From the human T2T-CHM13v2.0 reference genome, Homo sapiens, in NCBI RefSeq assembly GCF_009914755.1, contig NC_060942.1: a stretch of DNA of 64,000 bases. One strand, given 5' to 3'. Below are positions 15,878 through 30,850 of this stretch, piece after piece (position 1 is the first letter of the stretch; the number at the start of each line of letters is the position of its first letter). Position numbers and translations under genes: made by a program. The notes beneath the pieces are model-generated. The model ran no database searches. It worked only from the letters and a program-made list of their open reading frames with translations, and was not told the origin of the DNA.

Positions 15878-16947
15878 AAGTCTTGGGGCCTTTAAAGGGT
15901 GATTAGAACACCAAGGCTCTGCTCTCATGAATGGATTAGTGCCTTATAAAGGGATTAAGGGTGTGAGCTTGCCCCTTCCTTCTTTCCACCATGTAACACA
16001 GTGTTGGTCCCCTCCATAGGGTGCAGAAACAAGGTGCCATCTTGAAGGCAAGGAGCAGCCCTCACCAGACGTGGAACCTGCTGGGCACCTTGACCTTGGA
16101 CTTCTCAGCCTCCAGAAGGGTGGGAAATAAATATCTGGTTTTTGTCAATTGCCCAGTGTCAGATATTTTGCTATAGCAGCACAAACGGACTAAGACAGAT
16201 ACACAATAACATTTCCACTGCAGCGTCCTAATCAAAGCAAGCCTGAAGGCCAGACCAGATTCAAGGGATGGAGGAGTGACTAAGTAACAGTGCAAAGGGG
16301 TGTGCATCCTAGGATGAGGACAGGTACTGTGACCACCCTTACAAAGAATCTACCATACAAATTCCTATTGATCACAAACGATAACTTGAATAAATGGAGA
16401 GGTATATCCTATTTATAGATGCAAAGATTTAAAATTGTGAAAAATGCCATTTCTCCCCAAAACAATCTATAATTTTTAAAACTGTTATAAAAATTTCGAA
16501 AGTTGGAGTTTTGGTTTTGTGTATGCGTTTGTGTGTGGAATTGGATAACCCCATCCTTAAATGCATAGGAAAGCACAAATAAATAAGACAGTGGATTAAA
16601 GATAATGATAATAGATTGAATAAAGGCTTCCATTCTCACTTCCTCCCTAAATCACACTTCATCCTAAATGACAGCAATGTTTTAACTTTATAAACAAAGA
16701 TGGAAAGAACAGGACAGAATTCTAGCAACAAAATTTTGGAAGCTACAAAGCAGATGAAACAGCGGTGACTAACTTGGCAACTTAGCAGATATGTGAAAAC
16801 TAAGTTCTAGGCCAACATGGAGAAAACCAGGAAGCGATGTGATTAAATGATAGACCTCTCAAGAGACTCAGGAAACAGTGAGACAGTGAGACCAGTCACC
16901 TCTGGAAATAAAGGCAAAGGTTGGGCTAAAATAAATATTGGGGGAAA

Positions 16948-18040
16948 CATTCAGGATATAGGCATGGGCAAAGACTTCATGACTAAAACACCAAAAGCAA
17001 CTGCAACAAAAGCCACAATTGACAAATGGGATCTAATTAAACTAAAGAGCTTCTGCACAGCAGAATAAACTCTCATCAGAGTGAACAGGCAACCTACAGA
17101 ATGTGAGAGAATTTTTGCAATCTATCCATCTGATAAAGGGCTAATATCCAGAATCTACAAAAAACTTAAACAAATTTACAAGAAAAAAACAACCCCATCA
17201 AAAAGTGGGTGAAGGATATGAACAGACACTTCTCAAAAGAAGACATTTATGCAGCCAACAAACATGAAGAAAAGCTCATGAACGCTGGTCATTAGAGAAA
17301 TGCAATTCAAAACCACAATGAGATACCATCTCACACCAGTTAGAATAGCCATCATTAAAAAGTCAGGAAACAACAGATGCTGGAGAGGATGTGGAGAAAT
17401 AGGAACACCTTTACACTGTTGGTGGGAGTGTAAACTAGTTCAACCATTGCGGAAGACAGTGTGGGGATTCCTCAAGGATCTAGAACTAGAAATACCATTT
17501 GACCCAGCCATCCCATTACTGAGTATATACCCAAAAATTATAAATCGTTCTACTACAAAGACACATGCACGTGTATGTGTATTGCAGCACTGTTCACAAC
17601 AGCAAAGACTTGGAACCAACCCAAATACTCATCAATGATAGAGTGGATAAAGAAAATGTGGCACATATATACCATGGAATACTATGCAGCCATTAAAAAG
17701 GATGAGTGCATGTCCTTTGCAGGGACATGGATGAAACTGGAAACCATCATTCTCAACAAACTAACACAGGAACAGAAAACCAAACATGGCATGTTCTCAC
17801 TCATAAGTGGGAGTTGAACAATGAGAACACATGGACACAGGGAGGCGAACATCACACACGGGGGCCTGTTAGGGGGTGGGGGGCTAGGGGAGGGACAGCA
17901 TTAGGAGAAGTACCTAATGTAGATGATGGGTTGATGAGTACAGCAAACTATCATGGCATGTGTACACCTATGTAACAAACCTGCACGTTCTGCACATGTA
18001 TCCAAGAACTTAAAGTATAAAAAACAAAGCAAACAAAAAA
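16948..18040 (+). mobile_element. L1PA (PA6-8-like) 3' ~1.1 kb: end of ORF2 plus 3' UTR
   Basis: ORF2 peptides [56 protein letters not shown]; G-rich 3' UTR and A tail; stops and frameshifts. Confidence 0.96.
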
Positions 18041-19752
18041 ACTTCCCAGACCTGCACAGCCAAATGTCTTCCCATTATGAAAGATGACTGCAATTTTCTT
18101 CTCTGGAGAGGATGAAACAGGAGGTTTCATGATTGGAGACTACCAGGAAGAGTTGGGGGCAGGGTCTCCCACTGAAAACCAGAGCATTAGTGAGTGTGTG
18201 TGCACTGGAAGCTGAAACCTTCAGCTCTCCAGAACCCAGGAGGACGGGAAGGAAACAATTTGATCAGCCCAAGAAGGAAAAACCTAAAGGTGCCGATATT
18301 GAAAATGTCCAAGATGACCTAGCCAGATCATCTCAGGACAGTCGCCACTCACATACCCAGATCTTCCAATCAGCTACTTAGGCCCCTTTAAGGACACAAA
18401 TCAAAGATGTTCAGACAGGGAAGGAAAGCCACCAATATGAAAAACAGAGGCCCAGTTGAACTTAGAGAAAACTGAGATGATTCAGGAAGAAGAAAACTCT
18501 AAAAATGCTACAATTAATATCCTCAGAGACATAAGAGAAGATGTTGCAACCATAGGGTGAGGAGAGGTTATTATGAAAAAGAACATCCAGAGAAAAAACA
18601 AGGACTCTTGAGAATTGAAAATAATCATAATAGAAATGATTTAGTAGAATCGAAGACAAAGTTGATAAAAGACAGCAAAGAAAAAGAAATGGAAAATAGA
18701 AAAGGCAAGATAAGAAAATTAGAGGACTAGCTCAGGAGTTGCAATATACAAACTAGAGGAGTTCCAGGAAGAAACAGAAGTGAAAATAGAGGAGAAGAAT
18801 TGCAGGAAGGAAGGAAGAAAAGAAGGAAAGAAGACAAGGAAGCCCTCCAAAATGGAAGGAGTTGAGTTAACAGGTTTAAGGACCTATCAAGTGCCCAGCA
18901 CAATGGATGAAATAACATGATAAAGTTTTAGAATATTTAAATTTAAAAACATTGTTTTTAGAATGCTTTTACAATTTTAAGTGTTTTGCAAAGAAAAAAA
19001 TAATCTACAAGCTTTCAAAGTTCAGAAAGGCCTTGGACTTTTCAATCACACTATTGGAAGCTTGAAGATGTTGGTCAAAACCGTCAAAATTCTGAAGCTT
19101 AAATCCTTCCAGTCTGGGACTCCACAATCCTCTAAAGTTCCAATCAATCAAGAAAAGGGAAGAAAGATATTTTTAGACATAGAAGGTCTCAAAATATTTC
19201 CCTCCCATGCACCCCTTTCCTGGAAGCTCCTTGAGGACAAGTGTCCCCAAAACTGGAAGGTAACACGATCATGACACAGAGATCCAACATGAAAGAGCTT
19301 TGCTGGTGGAAGAAAGGCCCAGGGTGACAGCTGTGCACCCAGCATAGAGACTTCCAGTCCATGTTGGAGTACATCAGAAATCTCCAGGGGAGATATCCTA
19401 GAAGAAGAAATTGTCACCAGATAATTGCAAAGGGAAGAATTAGACAATTGATGAAGGCTTCCAGATTGAATTAGATATGTGTAAGCTAAACAGGAACCAA
19501 GCAAACAAAAAAAGCAAGGTAATCATTACTTCCAGGAGAAACAAAAAATTGTGTGGAAAAAAGTCATCGTGGTTCACTACATGGTTTGGCTGTAAACAGG
19601 GCTTTTATGCAGTCATGTTCATGTTAACCCCAAAGCTTGATCTAACCAAAATTATGACATAACCAGATTGCCAGGATGGAGAAAGGGAAGGGTGCACATG
19701 AGTCGGAGGGGCAGAGAAATCCACAGTAGACTAATATTTAAAGCTCAAAGCT

Positions 19753-20060
<308 letters not shown>

Positions 20061-20132
20061 TTAAAGCTTACAATTGAAAAATTAACAGGCAGCAAGGCAA
20101 GTTTCAACATATCATTCAGAGACATGGAAATA

Positions 20133-20469
20133 CAGTCAAGGGTTGCCTAACAATAGGAATACATTCTGAGAAATGTGTGGTTAGACGATTTTGTTACTTG
20201 TGAATATTATAGAGTGTACTTACACAAACCTAGGTGGCACAGCCTACTACACTGAGGCTACGTGTTACAGCCTGTTGCTCCCAGGCTACAAACCTGTACA
20301 GCAAGTCACTGTACTGAATACTGTAGGCAAATGTAATACAATGGTAAGTCTTCGTGTATCTAAACATAGAAAAGGCACAACAAAATATAGTTTTATAATC
20401 TTATGGGACCACCATCACATATGTGGCTTGTCGTTGACCAAAAAAACGTCATTACATGGTATGTGACTG
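20133..20469 (-). mobile_element. Tigger3a (MER7/Golem) TcMar DNA transposon, full-length
   Basis: Termini cagtca.../...tgactg flanked by TA TSDs; internal ggctacaaacctgtacagc and cttatgggaccacc. Confidence 0.88.
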
Positions 20470-21256
20470 TAATTACCAAAATAATCAGAGCTGAAATGGT
20501 TGCCCCTGGGAAGGAAGAAATGGAGGGAAAGGTAGGGGGCTGCTGTTTTTCATATCAAAGCTTGTAAACTGATCTGACTTTTTAATCTATGCTTTGATTA
20601 AAATATAAAACTTTTAACATAAAATTAAGAAATAATTAAATGGTGGCAATAATGCTGCCTCTTATCACTCTACTGGGTCTGAGAAATTATAAATTGCCAC
20701 ATAAGTAAAAGGTATTTTTTGGCTAATGAAGCACAGCAGCAATGTGCAGGTCAGAATTTATCATCTGGTTGATATTTTGAAATGTCACAGCTCTGTCATG
20801 TACGCTCCATCTTCCAAGTTGTGCATAACTTGCTCCAAAATTGAGGAAACATTCACGCTCCACACACATACACACACACACTCTCTCACACACACACAGA
20901 GACAAGAATAGCCAAGGCAGTTGTATAATAAAATAGCAGAGGGCTTGCTTCACCAGATATTAAGACTTTGTAGAAAACAAAATGTTAATGAAGTATGGTA
21001 TTGGCACAGAAGAAAGCAGCACACCAATAAAATCAAATAGAGGGGCCAAAGATACCCCAACACACAAATGGAGCCCCGAAAGTTCGCAAACACCGGGGAA
21101 AGCACACGCTGTAAACAAATGGGATTGGGGTGACTGGTTATCTAAATGGAAAAATTAACGTTATCTCTAATGTTCTATTTTGTTTTTTAAGGGAGAAGTG
21201 AAAACAGATAGTAAATACTAAGATTTCAGATTTTAGAAGCTGAGTAAGAGTTAGGT

Positions 21257-21623
21257 TGCAATGGTCTGAATATTTGTGTCTTCCTCCAAATTGCTGTGTT
21301 GAAGTCTTCACCCCCCAAGTGATGGTATTAGGAGGTGGGGCCTTTGGGAGGTGATTAGACCACAAGGGGTCATGATTGGGATCAGTGCCCTTACAACAGA
21401 GGCCCCCAAGAGCTGGTTACTCCCTTCCACCATGTAAGGACACAGCAAGAAGGCAAGGAGCCAGGAAGTGGGACTTCACCAGACACCAAATCTGCTAGTG
21501 TCTTGATCTTAGACCGCCCGTCCTCCAAAACTGAGAAATAAATCCAATAATGCTTCTACCTGTTAATATATGAGCCACCTGGTTTATAGTATTTTGGCAT
21601 AGCAGCCTGGACAGACTAAGACA
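21257..21623 (+). mobile_element. MLT1A0-type solo LTR
   Basis: tgcaatggtctgaat...ggtattaggaggtggggcctttgggaggtgattag...gactaagaca; TSD taggt/taagt. Confidence 0.85.
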
Positions 21624-21654
21624 TAAGTAAAAACAGAAAAGCAAAATTTGATAT

Positions 21655-22636
21655 TGTGATATAATAAGAAATATACATTTATTCTCTGCCCCTGATTCCT
21701 GGCACACAGCTCCTAAAACCCTTGTAGATGGGGCACTAGAAAAATATTTGTTCTAATAATTGGTCTTTGACCATGATTTCTGACATAGAACTCCTAAGAC
21801 CTTTGTAATTTCCTGAGTGACAGGAGTATCAACATAGAGCTCCTAAATCCTTTGAAATTTCTTGGGTGATAGGAGCATCTTTTGTTCTAATGAGGCAACT
21901 CTTGAAGGGCTCTTGGATGGCCTCAGGATGGGGGCTGGTTGCCAGGGGAAACAACCATGTGATTGGAGGGTTGGAACCTTCAGTCCCACCCCCTAAACCT
22001 CCAGAGAGGGTAGTGGGGCTGAAGGTTGAGTTGATCACTAACTAATGGGCAATGATTTAATCAACCAAGCCTGTGTAATGAAGCCTCCATAAAAACCCAA
22101 AAGAACAGGGTTCAGAGAGCTCTGGGTAGCTGAGCACGTGGAGGTGTCTGGAGGGTGGCACCCCCGGAAAGGGCATGGAAGCTCGGTGCCCCTTCCCACA
22201 TATCTTGCTCCATACATCTCTTCCATCTTCTTCTGTATCCTTTGTAAAATCATTTATAATAAATGGGTTAATGTAAGTAAAGTGTTTCCTTGAGTTCTAT
22301 GAGTCATCCTAGCAAATTAATTGAACCCAAGGAGGGGGTAGTGAGATTTATAACCAGTCGGTCAGAAGCACAGATCACAATCTGGGGCTTGTGTCTGGCC
22401 CCTTAAGGTAAGGGGCAGTCCTGTGGGACCAAGCCCTAACCTGTGGGATCTGACACTGTCTCCAGGAATTGTCAGAGTTGAGTTAAATTATAGGACACCT
22501 AGCTGGTGTGGCTACAGAATTGATTAGTTGATGGGAAAAACCCCACACACATTTTGGTGACCGCAGGGGAAGCATCCTGTGTTCTGAGAGTATATAGTAA
22601 GAGGAAAAAGAGTTTGTTTCTTTTTTTTCCCCCAGA
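21655..22636 (+). mobile_element. MER21A-like LTR
   Basis: tgtgatataataagaaatata..., repeated gctcctaa...cc units, aatgatttaatcaa...gaagcctccataaaaaccc. Confidence 0.8.
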
Positions 22637-22639
22637 AAA

Positions 22640-23470
22640 ATTAAGCTTCACTGTGGGTGCTGTGTTGTTGATAGACTGAGAAGTGGGAGGTGAGAATCCA
22701 GCTAAGGGGAACAACTGGAGACTATTGCAACACCAAGGAGAAGAGACAACGTGTGTTTGAACCAGAAATGGTGGTGGGGATGTAGGGGAAGACTGGGTCC
22801 TGCAGACATCACTGAGGGCAACTTGACAAGACCTAACAACTCATTGGATTTCGATGATCAGAGAAAAGAGATGTCAATGGACTCCCAGGTATCCAGCCTT
22901 GGAGCCTGGAAGGATGTGCCAATGTTAATAGCTATAAGTAATACAGGCTTAACAGCTCTAGGTGGGTAACAATTGTTTCCATTGTGGATATTTTAGATCT
23001 AACACTGCTGCAGAACTGGTAGATGGAGATGTCCAATAAGTACAGTGACAAATGCAGGTCAAAAGAGAATTGGAGCTGGAAACATACTTGGGGAGTCCTT
23101 GGTGGGTGGAATTAAGTTCCCTGATATGTGCTCTCGAGACCCTCTCCCCACTTCCCATCATGGAGCTTGTCATGATGGATTGAAACCACTTGTTTTCTCT
23201 TTAGGCTGTGAATCCTATGACGATGGAGGCAGTCTTGTTCTCCACCGTATTCTTTGTGTCTGGACTGAGGACCTGGATTATTGAGGACCTAATAAAGCAA
23301 AGATGATCAAGAACAGGTTCTTAGGGAACATCAAAACTAAAGGGCTAGATAGCAAGAAAAGACCATCAAAGGAGCTGTCAAAGTAATCACCAGAGAAAGA
23401 GAAGCGTTATGGGATATGGAGTCCCTGGACCCAAAGAGAGAGAGAATTTCTAGAGTAGAGGGTGGTGCAG
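22640..23470 (-). mobile_element. L2 fragments
   Basis: ggagactattgca...ccaagg...gtggtggg...; actcccagg...; ggagatgtccaataag...ggagctggaaacatacttggg. Confidence 0.6.
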
Positions 23471-23499
23471 TGGTCAAGATGTTCTTGTCCTAGATAGCT

Positions 23500-23905
23500 T
23501 TTGCACCTGCCCCTTCCCAGCCCAGCCCTCTCTAGAGAAACCGCCCAGTGCACAGGTACCACACCTCTCCCCTTCTCCACAGAGGCTGATTAGACCAAGG
23601 ATGGACACCTGACCCAAGGCTGTGTTCACTAGTGGTGAGGTTTTAAGGGAAAGTAGAGGGAGGGAGAAGTCAGTATCATGACAAGCCAAAGCCTTGTGAC
23701 ATTTACGAGTGACAGGGACTCTGGATAAACAAAGGAAACTCATAATGGACAGAAAGAGAGAATGAAGCAGACAGGCCATCTCCATTCCAGATAACTTTCC
23801 AGCTTCCAGCTTCAGCCCCTGCAAGACCCAGCCTCATCTTAGGTTTCATAGGATCCAATAAACTCCCTTTTTCTTAAGCTCATTTGAATGAATTTCAGTT
23901 CTTCC
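23500..23905 (+). mobile_element. MLT1K/L-like LTR fragment
   Basis: tgattagaccaaggatggacacctgaccca...ccaataaactccctttttcttaagct. Confidence 0.5.
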
Positions 23906-26870
23906 TACCTACCTGACTCCAACTAGAACTGTCTTTACATCTGCTATTTACATAATAATTTAAGGGAAATCAAAAGTCTATGGATTTAGAAAACTCTTTC
24001 CTTTAACTGGAGATCATCAGGAATCCTCCACTCATATTAAAAATATAATCTTCGCTTATAGTTGGAACACCCCCATTTCGAATTTTCAAGCTGGAGGAAT
24101 CTCAGAATAGGACAGCGAGGAGGTTGACGGCCTGCAGTCATGTGCTAGTTAGTATCCTAGGAAGGACTCAATTACAGAATGCCTGACTCCAGTCCAGGGA
24201 CCTTGCCACAACCTTACCCCATCCCCGCCACCCCTGGGCTCAGGGAAACAAATCCCAATTCATTGCTTAATCGGGCTGAGGACTCAGCCCCACCAGTCCT
24301 CCACCGAATCTAACTACAGGAGGAAATGCTCCAAGTCCTCGGCTGAGTTCTCCGTAGTCAGACCCCTCTGTCAGGAAAGTGGCTTAAATGAATTTAAACC
24401 CACCCAGGTTGGCCTGTGAGGGCTGTTCCATTAAAGCTGAAGGCCAGGCAGGATTCCGCTTGTTGAAATCTGTGTTCCTTTTGTACACTTTTAAAGTCAC
24501 ATCTGGTGCTGACCTTAGAAACAGCACTTGTGTGCTGAATGAATGCAGTGTGACTGCGTGTGCTCAGGGTTTTGGGACTTCTCTGAAAGGCGCTCCCAAC
24601 CCTCCCAAACTGGCACAGGATGTCCGGCCGTGGTCGGCTTCCTCCACCGCGGCAGAGGATGCCAACTGAAACACGACCTCCTGCCAAGACTCTGGGACCA
24701 CGCTCAGATCCAGGTCCCTGGGGGCAAAAGGCAGCTCTGTGCCAAGTTCTCCAAAGCCCGGCTCCTCCCGGGCTCTCATCCTGAAAGTGCTCTGGCCTCC
24801 TCTTTGGAAAAGGCCCATCAATCTTCTGAGGATTTCTGACACCGGTCGGAGCGCTGGAAACTGCAAGCCCTTCTCAGTCTGTCAGCTGCCTCACACTCTC
24901 CAGCCCGGCGAAGCTGTGTGCAGTGTCTGGAAAAGCAGTTACTGGTTTGGTTGTGGTCTGCCTTTGCAGCTGAGCTGGTTCCAAGTGCCACGTCCTCCAC
25001 CGGCTGCTCTGGCCCAGGACACTCAGGAAAGGTGACAAGGCGGCCCCCTTGCACACTTGCCTGGAGCTATGCTCCCTCCATTTCTTGGAATCCAAGTATA
25101 TTTTCTTTTGTGGAATGAATGAATACAAAGGGTGCCACCCCTTTGCCCAGCCCCCCATCTGAAATTCTTCCTCCAGCTGTCTCGATAGCGATGCTTGACA
25201 GACTGGAGGAGAATAGTTTGAATGAAGCTTCCCAGTGCAATATTTCCCTGGGCTTGAGTTGAATTGATCTAGCCTGTGATGCCATTTATCTTCACAACCT
25301 TCTTAGAGAGGAGCAGGGGAACAAATCTCTTTCGTTCGCATATGGGGAAACTGAGACTAAGGGAAGCTACAGAGACAACTGTAGGGAAAAAGCCAGCAGA
25401 GCAGGGCCAATCTGAGAAAATGCATGCTGATGAGATAGTCTTTTCCTGAGGGATTTACACAATCACTGGGCATAGAGGACAACATGGGAGGGGACTTAGG
25501 AAGAACTGGAGATGGGCCCCCTTACAAAATTCGTTTGGGTGAACTCAAATTTAAACGTGCACCCCCACCTCCAAGTCTGGTACTCTTGTGCTGGTGCCCC
25601 AAAACCTAGGACAGGAGATGGCAGCTCCAGCGAGGTTTCCCTGATCACTCCTGTCCCCATCCAGCCCTCCCCTCTAAGCTATTCTCTCAATCACAGCCTG
25701 AACCACCCTTCCTTCTTTATGGTTTTTTACTGTTTTCAAATTCATGTTGGTCTTCTCTCACTCAGCTAGATTACTTGCTGCTTCTCAAGGGATGGACTGT
25801 GCCCTAGATTTTAGAAACCCCAACCCTTCTGGGTTTTCTCTTTGTTTTCTCACTGTTTGCCAAATGATGGTGTCACACACACAGCCCCAGGGGCAGGATC
25901 AAAGAAGGCAGTCACTTGGGACTTGGGGGAAAGCAGTCTTGTTTTCCATGAGAAACAACCAGGGGGAGAAAAAAATCAATGTCTGAAATAACTGTTGAGA
26001 AAGAAGTGTGGCTTTCTCTTGGAGTCATAGAAAGTGGTTCTGATGTCAGCCTCACACGTAAGAGAATGGATCCAGGGTGAATCCCTAGTAGCTGGCTGAG
26101 GCTGACTCAACCCACAGGGAGCTGCCCAGCACATCAAGTATGTGGATTCTCCAGCAGCTACTCCTGCCAGAAACTTCTACCTGTGCCTATTATGCCCATG
26201 GCCCCATGATCTCCTGGAACAGCAACCCGAGGGGCCTACCTACCATGTTTCAGCCTCACAGCCAGCCAATTTCACCTCCCTGGCACTACCCATAGTAAAT
26301 GCCATGAAGGAGACTCAGACTCAGGGGACCACAAATCTGCCCCATCTTGAGCAAATGATTTCCATTCTCTGGCTCTTGGTGTTAGTATCTTTGTAAAACA
26401 AAAAAATCAGACTAGCTGATCTGTGAGGGACCCTCTACCTCCAAAACTGCATTGTCTAGACTGGCAGGGAGTGTGTGGGTTTGGTTCTTATTTGGTTGGT
26501 TATCTTGTGTATGTCTTGGCCCATGCATGGCCACTTTGGCCCAGGGTGGAGAGCATCATTATCTACACCAAGTACTCTGTAACTAGAGAGTGACTATGTT
26601 GCTCCCCTCCAGGGAGGCCAGGGGTGGGCCTAAGGCATCCCAAAAGATGTGTGAAATGTCTTTGAAGTCAATAATTTCCCTTAGAAATTCATGTATATTT
26701 TGCATTCTTTTCTATATTATTACTGAGTTGCTTAATATAGGAATTTTTGTCCCCAAATCTTAGGATAAAGTGACCCTCCAGGAGGATGCTTCTTGCTAAA
26801 AGAAGCTTGTTTGAGCTTCCTGTAATGAACTGCTACATACTCCTGAAACGGGTTTAAGAAGCACTAATCT

Positions 26871-27290
<420 letters not shown>

Positions 27291-27904
27291 TCATCCTTTT
27301 CTGTTAAAATGCAAATTCCCTTGGGAAGGGGCTAAAAGTTAGAAAAAAACTGAGACAAATACAAAATTCTTTACTTGTGTCTGAGAGTCAATTACAGCAG
27401 GACAGTCCGTGGCTCTTTGGATCAGCAGTAGCTGGTGGCTGAGGATTTTGGTAAACTTCTGTTGAGTCAACACTGTGATTTGACTGTGTCCTTCAGAGCA
27501 AGAAGGACTTAGTCTCAGCACTAAGCAGGCCTCCTGGAGAACTGCATTCAGAGCTGGAACCATATGTCAGAGGGATTTGGACTAAACAGCAATGATCTGG
27601 ACAGAGATCACGGACGTATGTCACATGGGGAATGAATGGAGAGATCAGGATGGGAGTGGGCTGGGAGATGCTCCCAATAGTCATCATGGGAATGGGTTTT
27701 TGATTTGTGTAGCTCCAAAGGGCAGAACCTAGACTAGCACTCCTGCATTTTAGGAGTGCAGATTTTAGCTCAGCAGAGGGAAGCCCAGCACCTTGTGAAA
27801 TGGGGATGGGCTGCCTCTGTAGAAAGAGGGTGCCCTGGTCCTGGGAGAGTCCTCCTATCAGTGGGGTACTGGAGGGTCACTGGGTTATGGGATCCTTTAA
27901 AAGG

Positions 27905-28215
27905 GTGAGGTGCACATGGAAACACAGCTTCTAGATCCCCTTCAGGGAAGGGCTCGCTATCCAGCTGTGGGGAGTGTGGTCCGCAGAAAGCCTCCAGGGT
28001 CAGCTCTTCAGGGTTGGCCTCCCCTGCAGGGAGCCTCCTCTCCTGGGGCACTTGCATCTGGTGACTGAGAGAGGTCTGGACAAGCACAGAAGCCTGGACA
28101 TCTAGGCAAGAGCTAGGCTGGCTAAGGCTTTGTTTGGTCTGCCTCCCTGTTTGATGTCTTCTTCTGTACCCCAAACTCCATCCCAGTGTGTACTTGGGAA
28201 AAACTCTACCTGAGA
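27905..28215 (+). mobile_element. LTR33-like ERVL LTR remnant
   Basis: agatccccttcaggg...cagctgtggggagtg...gtcagctcttcaggg...gcatctggtgactgag. Confidence 0.45.
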
Positions 28216-28755
28216 CAAAAGCATACAACATGGGATGGGTCATCCTGAGATTCTAGGGATCCTACTATTATTCGTCACTTACACCTGATTGTGAATAAAT
28301 TCACTGAAATCTTTGCAGGGAACAAGTTTATACAGGTGTAGCTTAAGGAAACGAAAGGGAAAAGAGTCACAAGACAAGTAGGTTAAGAGATAAGGGACTG
28401 AAGTTTATGCTTTAAATGTGTGGATTATATCTCAATAAAATGTTCTTTTTTTAATGTTTAAAGAGAGAGAGAGAGAGAATGAAGCTGATCTAAGATGTCC
28501 AGACCCTCCCAGGCTGTGCTAGGGTACAGGTACTCTAGCACTGCAGCTGGGTATCAAGAACTGGAAGGACTTGTGCAGGACCCTTGGCTTCTCAGCAAGG
28601 CTGTCCCCACGAAGCAGATTTCACATACCCATAGCACACCCAAGGCATGGCTAGCAGCCCTTGGGGGCTCTGCTGGCCCCACCATCACCACAGTGAAGCA
28701 GGGAGGAGCTCTCCTGCCAGCCACATCCCAAGGCTGCTATTGTGTCCTCCTCCAG

Positions 28756-28978
28756 CAGGGGTCAGCAGACTGTTTCTGTAAAGGGCCAGAGAGCAAACAT
28801 TCAGTGTAGGTGGGGCAATATGGTCTCTGTTGCAACTGCTTAACCCTGCTGCTGTAGCACAAAAGCAGACATAGATAGTAAGTAAATGAATGTGCATAGC
28901 TGTGTTCCAATAAAACTTTACTTACAAAAACAGGCAACGGACCAGATTTGGCTTAGGTATATAGTTTGCTGACCGCCG
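28756..28978 (+). mobile_element. MER58A hAT-Charlie MITE
   Basis: caggggtcagcagact...gtaaagggccag...gctgtgttccaataaaactttacttacaaaaacaggc...tagtttgctgacc. Confidence 0.88.
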
Positions 28979-29459
28979 TCCTAAAATCATGGACCTGCCT
29001 AGTTGGAAATAATCCCAGGCCACAGAACAGGAAGGTTTTCTCTACTTGGAATCCACAAAAGCATCATGTTTCTTGTCTTCCAGGCTTTGCTGGAGAAATG
29101 GAACCAAATGTTCTATATATGTTTGACATACATTAAAGTTCAACTGGGAACAGAGATTCACAGGATATGGTTCCTGCTCTTCAGGTCCCCATGTAAATAA
29201 GGAGGTAATTCTCATTCAGTGTGATAAACACATGGGAGATGTGGGTACATATGTGTATGTTTGGGCTAAAACCACCACTAGCCAATGTCGCCAGGGTTTG
29301 GATAATTAACTTTGGGGGCCTGGGTCAGTTGACCCTCATGGTGGTTAATAAAGTAGTATCTGTAGTCACTTCTAGCTGTGGTCTTTACACATCTACAGAG
29401 GACTTGCCTTTTTCTTTTTTCTTTTTAAATTATTTTTTCAAAATTAAAAAAAAAAAAAA

Positions 29460-29597
<138 letters not shown>

Positions 29598-29881
29598 TAA
29601 TCTTGGAAACAAAAACATAATCCCAGTTTGACACTGAGACAGAGCCCACAGGTATTGTTTTGGTGCATAGGCCACAGAACCGGAGAGTTGTCACAGCCAT
29701 TGCATGGGAAGGCCACGGGCTGGGTGTGGCTCCAGATCCACGTTCTCGCGTCCTGGGCCTGCTCAGTGTGTTTCGGCTCCTGTGTATGCTTTTCTCTCTG
29801 CAGTGCCACGACATCCGACCCCGGCCTTCTCAGAGGACGCTAACCCGCCTGCCCGCCCGAGACTGCCAGCCCTGTCTGTGG

Positions 29882-29897
29882 GTGCCCTCTGGTGGCC
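29882..29897 (-). promoter_or_regulatory. CTCF core motif within a CpG-enriched unique segment
   Basis: Reverse complement GGCCACCAGAGGGCAC matches the CTCF consensus CCASYAGRKGGCRS. Confidence 0.55.
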
Positions 29898-30469
29898 TGT
29901 CGGCTGGAGAGCCTCGGCGCCTGTTAAGGCAATCAGTCAGGGAGAAGGAGGAAGCGTGAGACTGAGTTGCAGACATTTCCACCAGCTCCTCCTTTGCCAA
30001 CACAAACCCAAGCCTCCCCCTAGGGATTTTGGAGTGCATTCAGAGCTTGGGGAAAGAATCATTTTCATTCCTAATTCGATACCCTTCATTTTTTCAACCG
30101 GGATGGTTCACATGATCAAACCGCACAAGAGGCCGCCGCTCTGTGTTCTGCTTATGGCCGAGAGGGCACGGCGGCTCCCCAGGGCACTCAAGATCTGAGG
30201 GATCTGGGGGCGCAACAAGTTAAGAAGCAGCTTTGAATATCTTCCTGGGGAGGCAATTCTTGCGTCTAATTTTCCGCTGCGCTTCTTGTTCCTTCGATGT
30301 CTACTGCAGTGGGGGTCTCAGTGGGAATGGACTAAGGATGCAGGAAAAGTATGGGGGTCTGAGTACAGGCAGGTACAGAGCTGACTCGGCTCCGCAAACA
30401 CCGTAGAAACTAGTCCCGGTTCTCCCACCCATCTATTCACATGGCTGGAGGACTTAGCAAGGCCCTGGA

Positions 30470-30850
30470 GCACACTGGTTGACTCCACGGACTCCTGATC
30501 CAGGCTGCCTGGGTTCCAATCCCGGCTCTACCACTTTCTAGCCATGTAACCTCAGACAAGTTCCTTAACCCCTTTGTGCCTTGGGGTCCTTGTCTGTAAA
30601 ATGAGAGTCATAATATTGCCTACCTCCAGGGTTGTTTTGAAAGATAAGTGGGTTGGTACCTGAGAAAATGCCCAGTAAATGTCTCCTGTTGTTATTCAGG
30701 AGAAAGCTCATAGTAACGAGGATAGGAATCTGAAGACCTCAGTTTCCATCCCAGAGCCACCTTATCCAGTTATGTGTGTTCCGGGAAGGGTGACCTCACT
30801 TCTCTGTGCTTAGAGCCTTCTATTCCAAGATAAGGATGAGGACTAACTCC
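30470..30850 (+). mobile_element. Two tandem MIR fragments
   Basis: gcctgggttccaatcccggctctaccact...tctgtaaaatgag; second copy ggaatctgaagacc...cacttctctgtgct. Confidence 0.7.

Noticed and set aside
16948-18040. Potentially active L1
   Set aside because: 5'-truncated to about 1.1 kb with stops and frameshifts.
29704-30198. 164-aa Pro/Arg-rich ORF in the CpG-rich segment
   Set aside because: No recognisable homology; open frames are expected at this GC content.
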